Source: Rebecca billardiae RCC1528 (Eukaryota; Protista; Haptophyta). Taken from it: 64,000 nucleotides of DNA. Where the stretch lies: assembly GCA_965240325.2 (NCBI GenBank), contig OZ251224.1:3286001-3350000 (forward strand), written 5' to 3'. Shown here in pieces: positions 1 to 10,199 of this stretch. A program made the position numbers and the translations under genes. Every line of letters starts with the position of its first letter. The stretch's first letter is position 1. The notes below the pieces were generated by a model. That model was not told the DNA's origin. It did no database searches and was given only the letters and a program-made list of their open reading frames with translations.

Positions 1-231
1 GACGTCGTCGGCGTCCTTTCCAGCCAGGAGCTTTTTTACTTTTTGACGATCCTCGGATTGTCGTCAATGGCAATGGCCGCCCGGCGGCTTGTTCATCAGC
101 TTGCCGGTGGTCCTGCGTGTGACCCTACTGTAGCTCCATTTTCTGACCAGTCCGTCCTCTCGGCGTGCCGGCGCGCGGAGCATGCAGTCTAGCGACGTTG
201 CAGGAGGCATGCGGTACATTCGAGATGTCCT

Positions 232-3027
232 TCAAGGCGGCGCGAATTGAAGGCTGGATGACGGCGCGGAGGCGACGCCGTGGGGGTGCAGGTAGGGCGC
301 CGAACGAGACACACCTCGGGCGCGGCGGCGACGACCACCGACGATGGCGGGTGGCTTGGCGCGCTTTCCGCCGAGCTTATGGCCGCCATGCTCACACGGC
401 GTCGTGTGCGGAGCTGTCGTTCCGCACGCGATGGCGTCGACGGCCGCTGGTGGCTGCAGCTGCAGCGATTCGCGATCGTGTGCGGCCGAGGTAGCCGCAA
501 TGTCGCACTCGCCGCGGGTGTCCACAGCAGAGGCCGTGCCCCAGTCGAAGGCCGCCGGGTCTGGCTCGAGGCTGTACAACTCGGCCATGTGCCCGTCCCG
601 AGCGAGTGCCTCCGCCATCGTCACCGAGGACGGCTGGCACGTCACAGCCCACTCCGGCAGCGGCGACTCGTCACAGCGCGCCTTCTTGCTCGCGCGGGCA
701 TGCCCGGGCATGCCGAACGGCGCGCTGCTGCACTGCGCGATTCCTCTCACGAGGCGCTTCGGCCTGAGGGCGGCGCCCTTGTCTGACCCCTCGTGCGCGC
801 GATGGACTCGCGATGTCGAGCCCTCGCTCGTCGCGAGCGCGCCCGATGCCGAGCTGTGCGCGTAGGCTGTCGTGCACGGCCCGTCGTGCAGCAGCGTGAG
901 CAGCGTGCGCCCCTGCGAGCGCGTCTTGAAGTCGAGCTGCAGGGAGCCCGCGATCTTGCGCTCGGCAACGGGCGCAAACCGCTCGCCGAGGTTGTTGTTC
1001 AGCGCGCGAAGTGCGCAGGGTGCCTTGGTCACCGACGCATCTGGCGGGCGCAGCTCGCCTGCCGCCTGAAGCACCTCTGCGCCCGCGTGCCGGGCCACAC
1101 CACCAGCGTCGGCCGCGGGCTGATGGCTGTAGTCGGCCTGCGAGTCAGTGAAGACGTCGTCGAAGAGGTTGATGGGCACGAGGAGCTCGTCGTCATGCGA
1201 CAGCTGCTCGCACGCATCCGTCGCCGCCTCGGCGAGCGCGGTGGCGAGAAAGTCGTAGTCGTCGAATTCATCCGCGATTGGATGATGGCGGCTGCTGGTC
1301 CCGCGCAGCAGGCTGTCCATGAATTCGACGCCCCACGAGAGAAGCTCAGCCTCGTCGTCAGCCGTGGTGTCGGCGGCGAGTGTCTTCCCGTCAACGGACG
1401 CGGCCTGCGTATCGTCTGGCTCGAGTCGCACGCCGTCCGTGTCGTCGTCGATCACCCTGGCTGCAATCGTCACGGGCACCTCCGGCGGCGTGGGAGCCGC
1501 GGCCTCGGCGGTGGTTGGGAACGATGCGGTGCGCGCCGTGTCGCCGGGCTGCGCAGAGGTGGACGGCTCCTCGACGGCAGATGGTGGAGAAGGAGCGAGC
1601 GCGTGAGCTCGTGGCGGGGACGGCTCGAGCGTGGGCTCGGCGTCATCTTCGTCCGGAGTGGGCAGATCTCCGCCCGTGGCGGCGGTGGGAGAGACGAGGG
1701 GCTGGTCCATTGCATCGCCCGGCGCGTTGCTCTCGACGTCAAATGCGCTGCCGAGCGCGCGCCGAGTCGAGCCAGCGCTGCCGGACGCGGACGCAGGCAT
1801 CTCTTCGGCGGGATTCCCTGTGGCCTCCGCATCAGCCGGCTCGCCGGGCTGTGGCAGCGCGTCTGGTGCGTTCAACGGCCGGCGGAGCGGCGGGGGCTCA
1901 GTCGGCGGCGCGTTCCCGAGCGCGCTGGGCGTGCGAACGCCTGGCTTCTCGGCCGGCGGGAGCGCCGCGCCGGGCTGGGATGTGAGCACGGCAGCGGCGA
2001 CAGAAGAGCGCTCTTGCGAGGGCGAGGGCGCAGCATCGGCATCGCCCATCGACGCCACGGTGTGAGGTGCCAGAGGCGGCTGCAGCGCGGCTATCGGCGC
2101 ACTCTCCGCCGCCGCTGGGGGCGCTGCAACCGGCTGCTTCTCCGGGAGGGAGGTCCCAGGCTCGTCAGCTGGCGCGGAAGAGTCGGCCGTCGCATCAAAG
2201 TTGAGCTTCGATGCGCGCGGCTTGCGCTTGCGAGCAGCGATCAGCGCCTGCAGGCCCTGCCGGCTGGAGACCGCAGCGGCGCGCACGGGGCGGTCCAGCT
2301 GCTGCGTGCCGATCGGCGAGGGGCCAGCCCACATGAACTGCACCTCGGCGTGGGCAGCTGTGCTCGCGCCCGCCTGGGCCTCGCACTCGACCAGCAGGCC
2401 GGCGCCGACAAGAGTGGCAACCGCCTCGGCCACGCGTTGCGCCACCTCCTCGGGCGGCAGCAGCTTGTTCTCGAGCGATCGAGCGAGGTCGTGCAGATTT
2501 GACACGATGTCACCATGCGTGAGACGCACGTCCTCGGCTGCCTGCTGCCGCGCTGCGACCAGTCCGACGATCGCTCGGACAGCAGCACGCAGCACGCTGT
2601 CGCTCCTGCCGGCTGCGAGCAGCTTGCACGTCGCCTCTTGTGCCTCTGGCGCCGAAAGCGAGCGCAGCGTCGAGCCGAAGAACGCCATGGGCGCGATGCC
2701 AATCACCGAGCTCTTGCGAAAGCCGGGTCGCAAGTCGGGGTGGATCAGGCCGATCGTCTCCAGCACGACAGCCAAGTCGCCTGTGCGCACGCGGGCGAGG
2801 CAGAGTTGTGAGACGCGTGCGATTGTTCAACACCGCTCCCGCGTCCGCGGGACGCGGACGCGAGCGCGCGGGCACGCACGCAGCACTGTAAACGGCAGGC
2901 CGTCCATCGCGCTCGAGCTGCAGGACGAGCGCGCGTGTCCAAGTCGCACGCCGTTTGCCTGCGTGCGCAACTCGTCGAGGAGTCTGCGCGCGGCCGTGGC
3001 GCACAGCCGTACAACCGGCACATGAGC
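232..3027 (-). CDS. Hypothetical protein with a possible divergent E2F/DEL-like winged-helix N-terminus and a long low-complexity Pro/Ala/acidic C-terminus; 2 exons (3027-2880, 2780-232)
   Basis: 852-codon ORF 232..2790. A GT-AG intron at 2879-2781 joins the upstream ATG exon in frame, giving 'FTVLRDLAVVLETIGLI', reminiscent of E2F 'RRLYDIxNVLExIGLI'. Function uncertain. Confidence 0.55.
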
Positions 3028-3381
3028 CATCACGTCCGCGCTGAGCGCGCGCGCGCGCAGGCAGTACGTACCGGCGGCACACGTCCGTCATCGCGTGCGC
3101 GTCGTGCAGATCCATCGTCGTTCGCTCCGCGATCGAGCGGCGGACGCGCGCGGGGGCTGTCGAGCGTCTTGTTCGCGCCGGCGCGAGAGCAATTGAGCCG
3201 CCAACGACCACGCTGCTCGGCTGCTCACACCAAAACTGGACCTTCCCGTTCGGACTCGCCCGGCCCGGGCCGGGGCGGCGCTGGCCCAACGGTCGCTTGG
3301 CAAGTTGAAGTTACGGCAGCCCTCCGGATTTCGCCGTCGAGGCTTGCGTCCTCGCCGGACTGCAGTCGACTTGTCTAGTTC

Positions 3382-5064
3382 ATGGCGGCGGTGTCCGCCC
3401 ACAGCTACCACGATGGCGGCGATCCGCGCCTGGTGTGCTCCGTGCCCTGGGCGATATCGCAGCTCTCCACGCTCGAGCCCGATCACACGCTCGTTGTGGG
3501 CGCGCAGGAAGCGCTCGCGAGCAGCGAGCTCGCCATCTCTGTGCGCTGGGGTGGCCTCGCGCGTGACTCGCGCACGCGTGTCGAGCTGCAGGTCTTTGAG
3601 CTCGGCGTTGGCGGCGAGGCCGTGAGCGGCGCGTGCGCGGTTCAGGGCGACCCGTGCGAAGTTCGTTTTCGCCCGCGTGCCCCGGGTGCCATGTACGTCG
3701 CGAAGCTGGCGCCCTGCGCTGCGGAGCCAGAGTGGTCGCGCGCACTGCACGTCATCGCCCCATTCCCGCCGGCGTGGCGCAACGCCTCGGCCACGTGCTT
3801 CACGAGCGCACGAGCTCGGCTCACGCCTAGCCGCGAGGAAGTCCTCGCGCTTGCAGCCCCTCTCGACGGCGGCGACGCCATCGGCGCCCCGTGCGACCGC
3901 GGCCTCGGACTCGAGCTCGAGCTGCTGAGCGTGCCGCCAGATCCGGGAGAGGGCGGCGACGGTCACTTCTCCAAGCAGTCTGAGCTGCTGGCGCTGATCG
4001 AGCACGCAGCGGCGACCGCCGAGGACGCGGGTGCGCTCGCGCTCGCTGCGCTGATCCGACGCGTGGCACGCTGGCAGGTGGCGCTCGACCCGGCGTGCGT
4101 CCCGTTCATCTCACAGAGCGCGCGCGCGCTCGTGCCCGAGATGCTCGCAGCCGGCGCGCGCGACGAGGCAGATGCGCTGGCGCTCCTCACCGAGCGCAGC
4201 CGCTCGATCCCGTCAGAGTTCAAGTCGGCGCTCCCTCCGCACGAGCTGAGCTTTGCCCAGCCCGAGAGCCCCACGCCGCACGAGGCGACCGTCGGGCTGC
4301 GGCTGCTCATGCGGCTCGGCGTGGCGGCGCCGACGATTTCACAGGACGGGTGTGAGTGCAACACCGCGCTGCATGTCCACGTGAACGCTCGCAACCCCTT
4401 GGCGCGCGGCCGGCTGCTCAGCGCGCGAGAGATCCTCGCGGTGTGGCTCGCGTGGGTCCGCTTCGACTTCGTCACCGTCAGATTCGCGCGCAGCTGGTGC
4501 TGGTGCGACCGCTGGGCCGCGCCGCTCTACGCGACCGGGCCGGAGTTCACGTTCAACGAGCGACCGCACGAGCGCGGCCACACGCCGCCCAACGCGCAGC
4601 GCGCCGCCGCGTACGACGTGCCCGCCTTCTTCGCACACGCGCACGCGTCGGCCGAGCGGCTCGACCTCGCGACCGAGGACGAGCGCGTGGCGCACATGTT
4701 CGGCCGGCGCGACCAGCCGCCGACCGGGCTCGGAAAGTACTGCGGGCTGAACGTGCTGCCCCTCGCGGTGTACGGCACGCTCGAGTTCCGCCGGCAGCAC
4801 GCGAGCACGGACGAGGCGTTCATTCTGCGCTGGGCCCACTTCTGCTGCTCGTTTGTGGAGACCTTCGGCGCGGATGACGCCTTCCTTGCGCGCTACATTG
4901 GCGTGCCGATGCACGAAGGGCTGGCGCGCCTGGAAGAGGATCAGCGGCGCGCGACGCTCCCCGAGCTCATGTCGTTCCTCGATGGCCGCGTCCACGCGGA
5001 CACGCCGGCCTTCTTCCTGGCGCGGGGATGCGGCCCGCACGTCGCATCTCGACCTGCACCATAA
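3382..5064 (+). CDS. Putative amidoligase-2 (COOH-NH2 ligase) domain protein
   Basis: 560-aa single-exon ORF with motifs GLELELL, CNTALHVHVN, KYCGLNV and GTLEFRRQH, matching the GxExE / HVH / Y-x-LN / T(I/L)EFR pattern of the family. Confidence 0.75.
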   Translation: MAAVSAHSYHDGGDPRLVCSVPWAISQLSTLEPDHTLVVGAQEALASSELAISVRWGGLARDSRTRVELQVFELGVGGEAVSGACAVQGDPCEVRFRPRAPGAMYVAKLAPCAAEPEWSRALHVIAPFPPAWRNASATCFTSARARLTPSREEVLALAAPLDGGDAIGAPCDRGLGLELELLSVPPDPGEGGDGHFSKQSELLALIEHAAATAEDAGALALAALIRRVARWQVALDPACVPFISQSARALVPEMLAAGARDEADALALLTERSRSIPSEFKSALPPHELSFAQPESPTPHEATVGLRLLMRLGVAAPTISQDGCECNTALHVHVNARNPLARGRLLSAREILAVWLAWVRFDFVTVRFARSWCWCDRWAAPLYATGPEFTFNERPHERGHTPPNAQRAAAYDVPAFFAHAHASAERLDLATEDERVAHMFGRRDQPPTGLGKYCGLNVLPLAVYGTLEFRRQHASTDEAFILRWAHFCCSFVETFGADDAFLARYIGVPMHEGLARLEEDQRRATLPELMSFLDGRVHADTPAFFLARGCGPHVASRPAP

Positions 5065-5136
5065 TATAATGCGGGACAGCCGCCGACGAGCAGCTATATG
5101 TTACGGTGACGAGCGCTACTACTCGTGATAAGTAGC

Positions 5137-6003
5137 TTACCGCAGCACACCGTGCCGATCGACTGCACGGCGGCTCGAGAATGGATACAATCGCCGCCGC
5201 CCAGAGCAGGTCAAACGCAGCACCACAAAGCAGCCGACACCGAACACGAAGCCATCTAGATGCCCGGCGTGGTCGATGTTGCGGCCTGCGCGCCCACGCA
5301 TGACGTCGGTGGCGGTAGAGGCCACCTGCTGGCAGAGCACGTAGACACTAACCGCGTGTGTGAGCGCCACACGTGCCACGCTGCCTATGTCAGGGTCATC
5401 CGCCTCGCGCGCCGAGCCTCGTGCCCTCCAGTCCCAGATGGTGCGCACAAACTGCTCGAGGGATAGGCAGAGCGACGTGCCCATCAGCGCCCATACGCCC
5501 GACGATGCGCCGACGTACACGGTCGAGCGAACAATCGATGGCGCGATCCACTCGGCCACCTTGCGCGTGACGCCATCGACGAGCTCGGCCGCTGGCGCCA
5601 GGACTTGTGGAGTGTCCGACATCTGGAAGAATGCGCTGATCGACTGCACCACCTGGTAGCGCTTGGATGTGGTGTCTAGCGCGCTCACCGCCGCGCCGCC
5701 GAAGAAGCAGCCTAGCCACCAGTCGCCAAACGCATCATGCACGCGGGAGGCGTGCGGCACGAGCATCAAGAGGTTGCTCACCAGGTGTTCTCCCGATGCG
5801 TGCACAAAGACGTACGAGAACGGTGTCCACCAACGACCCTCGGCCACATTGGCTTCGCAGTACGCCAAGTTGCGCAGCACCGACGGTATTTGAGAGCGTG
5901 CGCGGGGATCGGGCGAATCGAGAGTGGGCACCGCCAACATTCCGCCGATGACTGGCAACGCCGTGGTCGCGAATGACGCGCTTGAGCGAGCCCACGACTC
6001 CAT
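5137..6003 (-). CDS. Rhomboid-family intramembrane serine protease
   Basis: WW..SYVFVH, HLVSN, catalytic GASSG and IDHAGHLDG motifs with TM segments. ATG at 6003 (MESWARSS); the ORF extension upstream runs through a MITE. Confidence 0.8.
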   Translation of the reverse strand: MESWARSSASFATTALPVIGGMLAVPTLDSPDPRARSQIPSVLRNLAYCEANVAEGRWWTPFSYVFVHASGEHLVSNLLMLVPHASRVHDAFGDWWLGCFFGGAAVSALDTTSKRYQVVQSISAFFQMSDTPQVLAPAAELVDGVTRKVAEWIAPSIVRSTVYVGASSGVWALMGTSLCLSLEQFVRTIWDWRARGSAREADDPDIGSVARVALTHAVSVYVLCQQVASTATDVMRGRAGRNIDHAGHLDGFVFGVGCFVVLRLTCSGRRRLYPFSSRRAVDRHGVLR

Positions 6004-6025
6004 CCTGATTCCTGAATCCGATCTC

Positions 6026-6131
6026 GTCGCCTGCCTGAGCTGTGGGCGTCTCTTGTTCTTATTACAGTTTACTAATAAGAATAAGAGACGCACACAGCTC
6101 AGGCAGGCGAGACTGACGCCAGTAAACTGTA
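6026..6131. mobile_element. TA-targeting MITE-like ends: hairpin 6026-6112 plus mini-element TA-CAGTTTACT...AGTAAACTG-TA (6065-6129)
   Basis: tcgcctgcctgagctgtgggcgtctcttgttcttatta is the near-perfect reverse complement of taataagaataagagacgcacacagctcaggcaggcga; 9-bp TIRs are flanked by TA. Confidence 0.7.
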
Positions 6132-6167
6132 CAGTCGAGGCACTGCTCCGCTTATTGCTATGAGTTG

Positions 6168-7463
6168 CTAGCGCCGCGGTGATGTTGCTGCGGCCGGCCG
6201 ACGTCGAGGCCACCACCGTTGCAGGATGTCAGGCGGCTGCGGCGGCCTCAGCGGGCTGAGCCGTGACGCCCGTTGGGTGTTCTCATCATCCAGTTGAGGG
6301 ATCGCGAGCTCCTCGTACGAGAAGTCGGTGCTAGGGCGCACGCCGGCCAACACCTCAGCCGGCCTCGGTTTGGCTGCGCCCACCTCGACCGCGTACTCGT
6401 GCGCCAGGAGCCCCCACTCGACCAGCCGCATGATGCACGCCAGGTCGTCCGCAAAGTAGTCGCGCAGCAGCCGCACGGAGCGGGCGGAGAGCAGGTGCCG
6501 CTCACGCGTCTTGCTCGACGAGTCGTGTTTGTGGACCGGGGCCGGGACCCGGAGCTTTCGCCACCCGCGGAAGGCACGCGCGAGCGCTGCCTCTAGCCCA
6601 GCCCAGCTCGCGCTGAAGTGCTCGGTCGTGCCGACGAACAGCAGCTGCCCGCGCACGCGCTCCAGGCCGGCCGTGCCGCCCATGTAGTGAGCGAGGCCGG
6701 TGCGTGCGTGCGCCACGTACATGAACATGGCGTCCAGCGCGTCGAAAGGCGAGTCCGACGCGGCCGCGCAGCGAACGAGCCACGTCTCCAGATCACCGGC
6801 TCGCAGCTCCGCCACGCTCAGCGCCGCGCGCAGTGCTGGCGAGCCGCGTTCCTGGACGGCGCTCATCGTCTTGTTGAAGAAGGTGTCCAGATGGGAGACC
6901 TTCTTTTGCCTCTTCTCCTCATTCAGCGAGCCTCGTTCGAGGTTGACGTAATTCGACCAGCACGAGACAAAGCGTGCTACCGGGTCTCGCACCCACAGCA
7001 CGATGCGCGCGGAGCCAACCACGTTCGCGATCGTGTGCTTGCGTGCGAGCACAGGCGTTGGCATCTTGCAACCACGGTGACAGGCGCACGCGCTTGAGTT
7101 GCTTGCTACGAGCGGACCACCGAGCTTGGAATACCTGCATCGCCCCAACTTGGCCAACTCCGACCGAGTCCACGTGCTCAGGTCGTCGCTGCACCCGTGC
7201 ACCTGGAAGTACTCGCGCACAAAGCCGGCCGTACACACGGCCTTGAGGCCTTTGCTGACGGTCGCGCCGCCGACTTTGCCCACGTGCACGTACACGATGG
7301 TCGATTTGGTCGAGGGCCCATGGGATGCACGCCTAAGACTGGTGAAGTTGAAGCACACGCCCCCCGTCGCACCAAGGAGCAGTGCCGCAAGCGGCAGGCG
7401 CAGGCGGCACTGCGCCGTGATGCGAGGCGTCTGTCTCGTGGAGCAGTCCCGCGGGTTCGCCAT
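6168..7463 (-). CDS. Golgi-type sulfotransferase family protein (Sulfotransfer_2-like)
   Basis: N-terminal hydrophobic anchor, 5'-PSB-like YVHVGKVGGATV, 3'-PB-like VRDPVARFVSCW and FVGTTEHF. Confidence 0.7.
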   Translation of the reverse strand: MANPRDCSTRQTPRITAQCRLRLPLAALLLGATGGVCFNFTSLRRASHGPSTKSTIVYVHVGKVGGATVSKGLKAVCTAGFVREYFQVHGCSDDLSTWTRSELAKLGRCRYSKLGGPLVASNSSACACHRGCKMPTPVLARKHTIANVVGSARIVLWVRDPVARFVSCWSNYVNLERGSLNEEKRQKKVSHLDTFFNKTMSAVQERGSPALRAALSVAELRAGDLETWLVRCAAASDSPFDALDAMFMYVAHARTGLAHYMGGTAGLERVRGQLLFVGTTEHFSASWAGLEAALARAFRGWRKLRVPAPVHKHDSSSKTRERHLLSARSVRLLRDYFADDLACIMRLVEWGLLAHEYAVEVGAAKPRPAEVLAGVRPSTDFSYEELAIPQLDDENTQRASRLSPLRPPQPPDILQRWWPRRRPAAATSPRR

Positions 7464-7532
7464 CGCGGACGACGCGGCTTGGGTGAGGCAACGGGGGAAT
7501 CCACAGCGACTGGTGCCTATCTGTCGAATTAA

Positions 7533-7579
7533 TCTCGCCTGCCTGAGCTGTGTGCGTCTCTTATTCTTAGTAAACTGTA
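7533..7579. mobile_element. Partner TIR of the 6065-6112 MITE end, followed by TA
   Basis: tctcgcctgcctgagctgtgtgcgtctcttattcttagtaaactg|TA is the reverse complement of 6065-6112 apart from a 3-bp indel. Confidence 0.7.
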
Positions 7580-7790
7580 CTAGTATCAGTGCCCTTATCT
7601 ACGAGCATACTACTATCATACCTTATACAGCCGAACGCGCCACCCATACGGTACCTTACGCCACGGTCCCGACTGGGAGGCTCGAAACTGCTTCTGACGT
7701 GACGGTTGTCGACGCGCCCTGCCATCGTCGCGACGCGAATATTAATCGCCGCAGAGGCACGCGCTCGAGAGCGCGCTCTGAGAGTCTGAG

Positions 7791-8899
7791 CAAGGGTAGT
7801 AAGCTAGGGTGAGCAACTCCGCTGGCGACAGCCGCGAAGGTCGGCAGCCCTCTGTTTGCCGCGAGCGGAGCGGAGCGAGTGCTATCAGCGGCGGAGGGCG
7901 CTGAGGCCGCGCACGGCGTGAGGCGCGGCGTCGGCCGAGTCGGTCCGCGGAGGATGCGCGGCGCTCGGCCCGCTGCGCAGCGGCAGTGCGCCTCACTTTG
8001 CCCCGAGCGCCGTCCTCCGCGTCGCCTCCTTCCCGCCTTGGAGCAGCACGCATGTGCGCGCCGCCACCTTGAAGGCGGCACGGGCTTGCTCAGACGACCG
8101 CGCGCGCGTGGCGCGCGACTTGGTCGGCTGCGCGCGCGCGCCGCCGCGGTGCAAGGTAGCGCCGCCGCATGCGCGCGCCGTGCCCGCGCGAGCCTTTGCT
8201 CACGGCCATCTCATGAGCGTAGTGCTCGCTTGTCTGCTTGCTCTCACGAATGATTTGCTGTGCCTCACGCTGGCACTCGTCGGGTCGATCAGCGAGGTGT
8301 TGAGTGACATTGGATACCCAGGACGAAGGCCTAGTCTTGTCTATTCCTTCTCAGCACGAATGCAAGTGGACGCTAAGGCTCCGCATCGATGGTACCAACA
8401 CTCACGCCGCTGTCTTTTCCAGCTTCCCGTCAGTCCGCAAGTCGGATGCCAAGCAGCATTCGACATGTGTGTGAGGTCGCACTCAGGTCCGCGCACACGC
8501 TCTCGCGCTGGCACGGCGCGCGCATGCGGCGGCGCTACCTTGCACCGCGGCGGCGCGCGCGCGCAGCCGACCAAGTCGCGCGCCACACGCGCGCGGTCGT
8601 CTGAGCAAGCCCGTGCCGCCTTCAAGGTGGCGGCGCGCACATGCGTGCTGCTCCAAGGCGGGAAGGAGGCGACGCGGAGGACGGCGCTCGGGGCAAAGTG
8701 AGGCGCACTGCCGCTGCGCAGCGGGCCGAGCGCCGCGCATCCTCCGCGGACCGACTCGGCCGACGCCGCGCCTCACGCCGTGCGCGGCCTCAGCGCCCTC
8801 CGCCGCTGATAGCACTCGCTCCGCTCCGCTCGCGGCAAACAGAGGGCTGCCGACCTTCGCGGCTGTCGCCAGCGGAGTTGCTCACCCTTACTACCCTTG
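7791..8899. mobile_element. Non-autonomous foldback DNA transposon, family A copy 1 (P/Galileo-like)
   Basis: About 400-bp TIRs (CAAGGGTAGTAAG...CTTACTACCCTTG), about 300-bp spacer, 7-bp TSD GTCTGAG at 7784-7790 and 8900-8906; near-identical copy at 31634-32764. Confidence 0.92.
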
Positions 8900-8929
8900 G
8901 TCTGAGCCTCTGACACACCGCTGGTACAA

Positions 8930-8950
8930 GTTAAAACATAGTAAACTGTA
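8930..8950. repeat. Solo transposon-end motif GTTAAAACATAGTAAACTG-TA (also at 21513-21541; variant at 39949-39979)
   Basis: Three dispersed copies, all ending in the same AGTAAACTG|TA terminus as the MITE at 6065/7577. Confidence 0.6.
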
Positions 8951-9730
8951 GTCGTGAAAACAGCGGGGGCCTAGCGGCCTTTTCCCGGTGGGGCTGGTCG
9001 AACACAGCGCGTCTAGGACGCGACGGAGAAGCTTGCCAGGGCCGGCAGACCCGACGACGATGAGACGAGTTGGCCGTTCAGCGCTGACTAACGGTATCAT
9101 CCGAGCTGCCGCGTCTTCGCGCGTCGCGTGTGCGATTTAGCCATTAGCCAGGTGCGGCAGCGTGGCTCTCCCAGTTCTGCAAGGCCCACCGAGGCGCCAG
9201 CGAGGCGCGCGTCGATGCAGTCAATGCAGTCGTCGCTGCGCACGGCCGCTCGGGCACGGCGGCACGGCAACGGCACGCACCGATCACGCCGTGCGTGCGC
9301 GCGTCGGCCATCGACGCGTGGTAGTCGTGCAGCAACTGCAGTCCGCACGTCGTGCGCGCTGCTGCCGCCGGACGCCCAGATGGCGCGCGACCGCGTCGGT
9401 CGCGGCGGCCTCGCGCGCCGCGCGCGGTTCGGCTCGACGCGCGGCGTGACCCTCGCGGCGCTCCGCGTTGCGCGCCTCGTCCACGCCGTTCAGCGTGCTC
9501 GCCAGCCGCGCTGCGCGAGGCACGCGTCGAGCGCTGCCGGCGTCTCGCAGTTTGGGTGCGAGGCCGCGGGCGCGCGCGCGCCGGGGCGCGTGGCCTCGTG
9601 CGGGTGCACGGCGAGGCGCGCCAGGTCCGTACCGTTACCGTATTGTATAGGCGGTATGAACTGGGTAAGGGGGTACCGCTAAGATCGCCGCCAGATTTGT
9701 GGGAATCGCAACGACATCTCTATGCGGCGC

Positions 9731-9828
9731 GCGCAAAAATTAACCACATGCGCTTCGATTCCCGAGGCGTGCCTTAATTGGCGCAAAAATTAACCAAGTG
9801 CGTTCTCGATTCCCGAGGCGTGCCTAAT
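9731..9828. repeat. About 50-bp tandem duplication in AT-rich, TE-end-like DNA
   Basis: gcgcaaaaattaacca...tcgattcccgaggcgtgcct occurs twice (9731, 9781). Confidence 0.75.
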
Positions 9829-10199
9829 CAAAAAACGTTTGAGGCCCCATTCTTCGTATTCCTACTCCGGTATTACTTGGGACAGCAGTACGTCACACCC
9901 AATTAAAGGGGGTCGGAGCTGGGTCTCCCAGGGCTTTGTCACGAATGGCGGGCCGTAGGTCCGCCCCTTGTAGTGCCCGGGAAAAAGATAAGAAAAAGAA
10001 AAAGAAAAAAGAAAATCGCCTCGCAGAGAAAAGAAAATCGCCTCGCTCACTGCCAGGTCGCTTCGCTCACTACCGGGCGCCCTCGCAGCTCCCACTGGGG
10101 ACGCTCGGCCGAAAACCATCTGCGGCCTGGCGCGGAGCGCGTGGGCGGCGCGCGCCAAATCCAACGCTAGCGCGAACATCGTGAGGGGATTCCCGAACG

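Noticed and set aside
793-2502. 569-aa plus-strand ORF and similar antisense ORFs (15816-17558, 21924-23399, 24939-26624, 40847-42202, 50589-51857)
   Set aside because: Antisense shadows of real GC3-rich genes.
6004-6216. N-terminal extension of the rhomboid ORF
   Set aside because: It starts at a non-ATG codon, reads through the MITE hairpin and overlaps the neighbouring gene's end.
7656-8951. ORFs within foldback elements (also 19333-20577 and 31315-33021)
   Set aside because: Mirror-image Arg/Ala-rich shadow ORFs from the TIRs; no transposase motifs.
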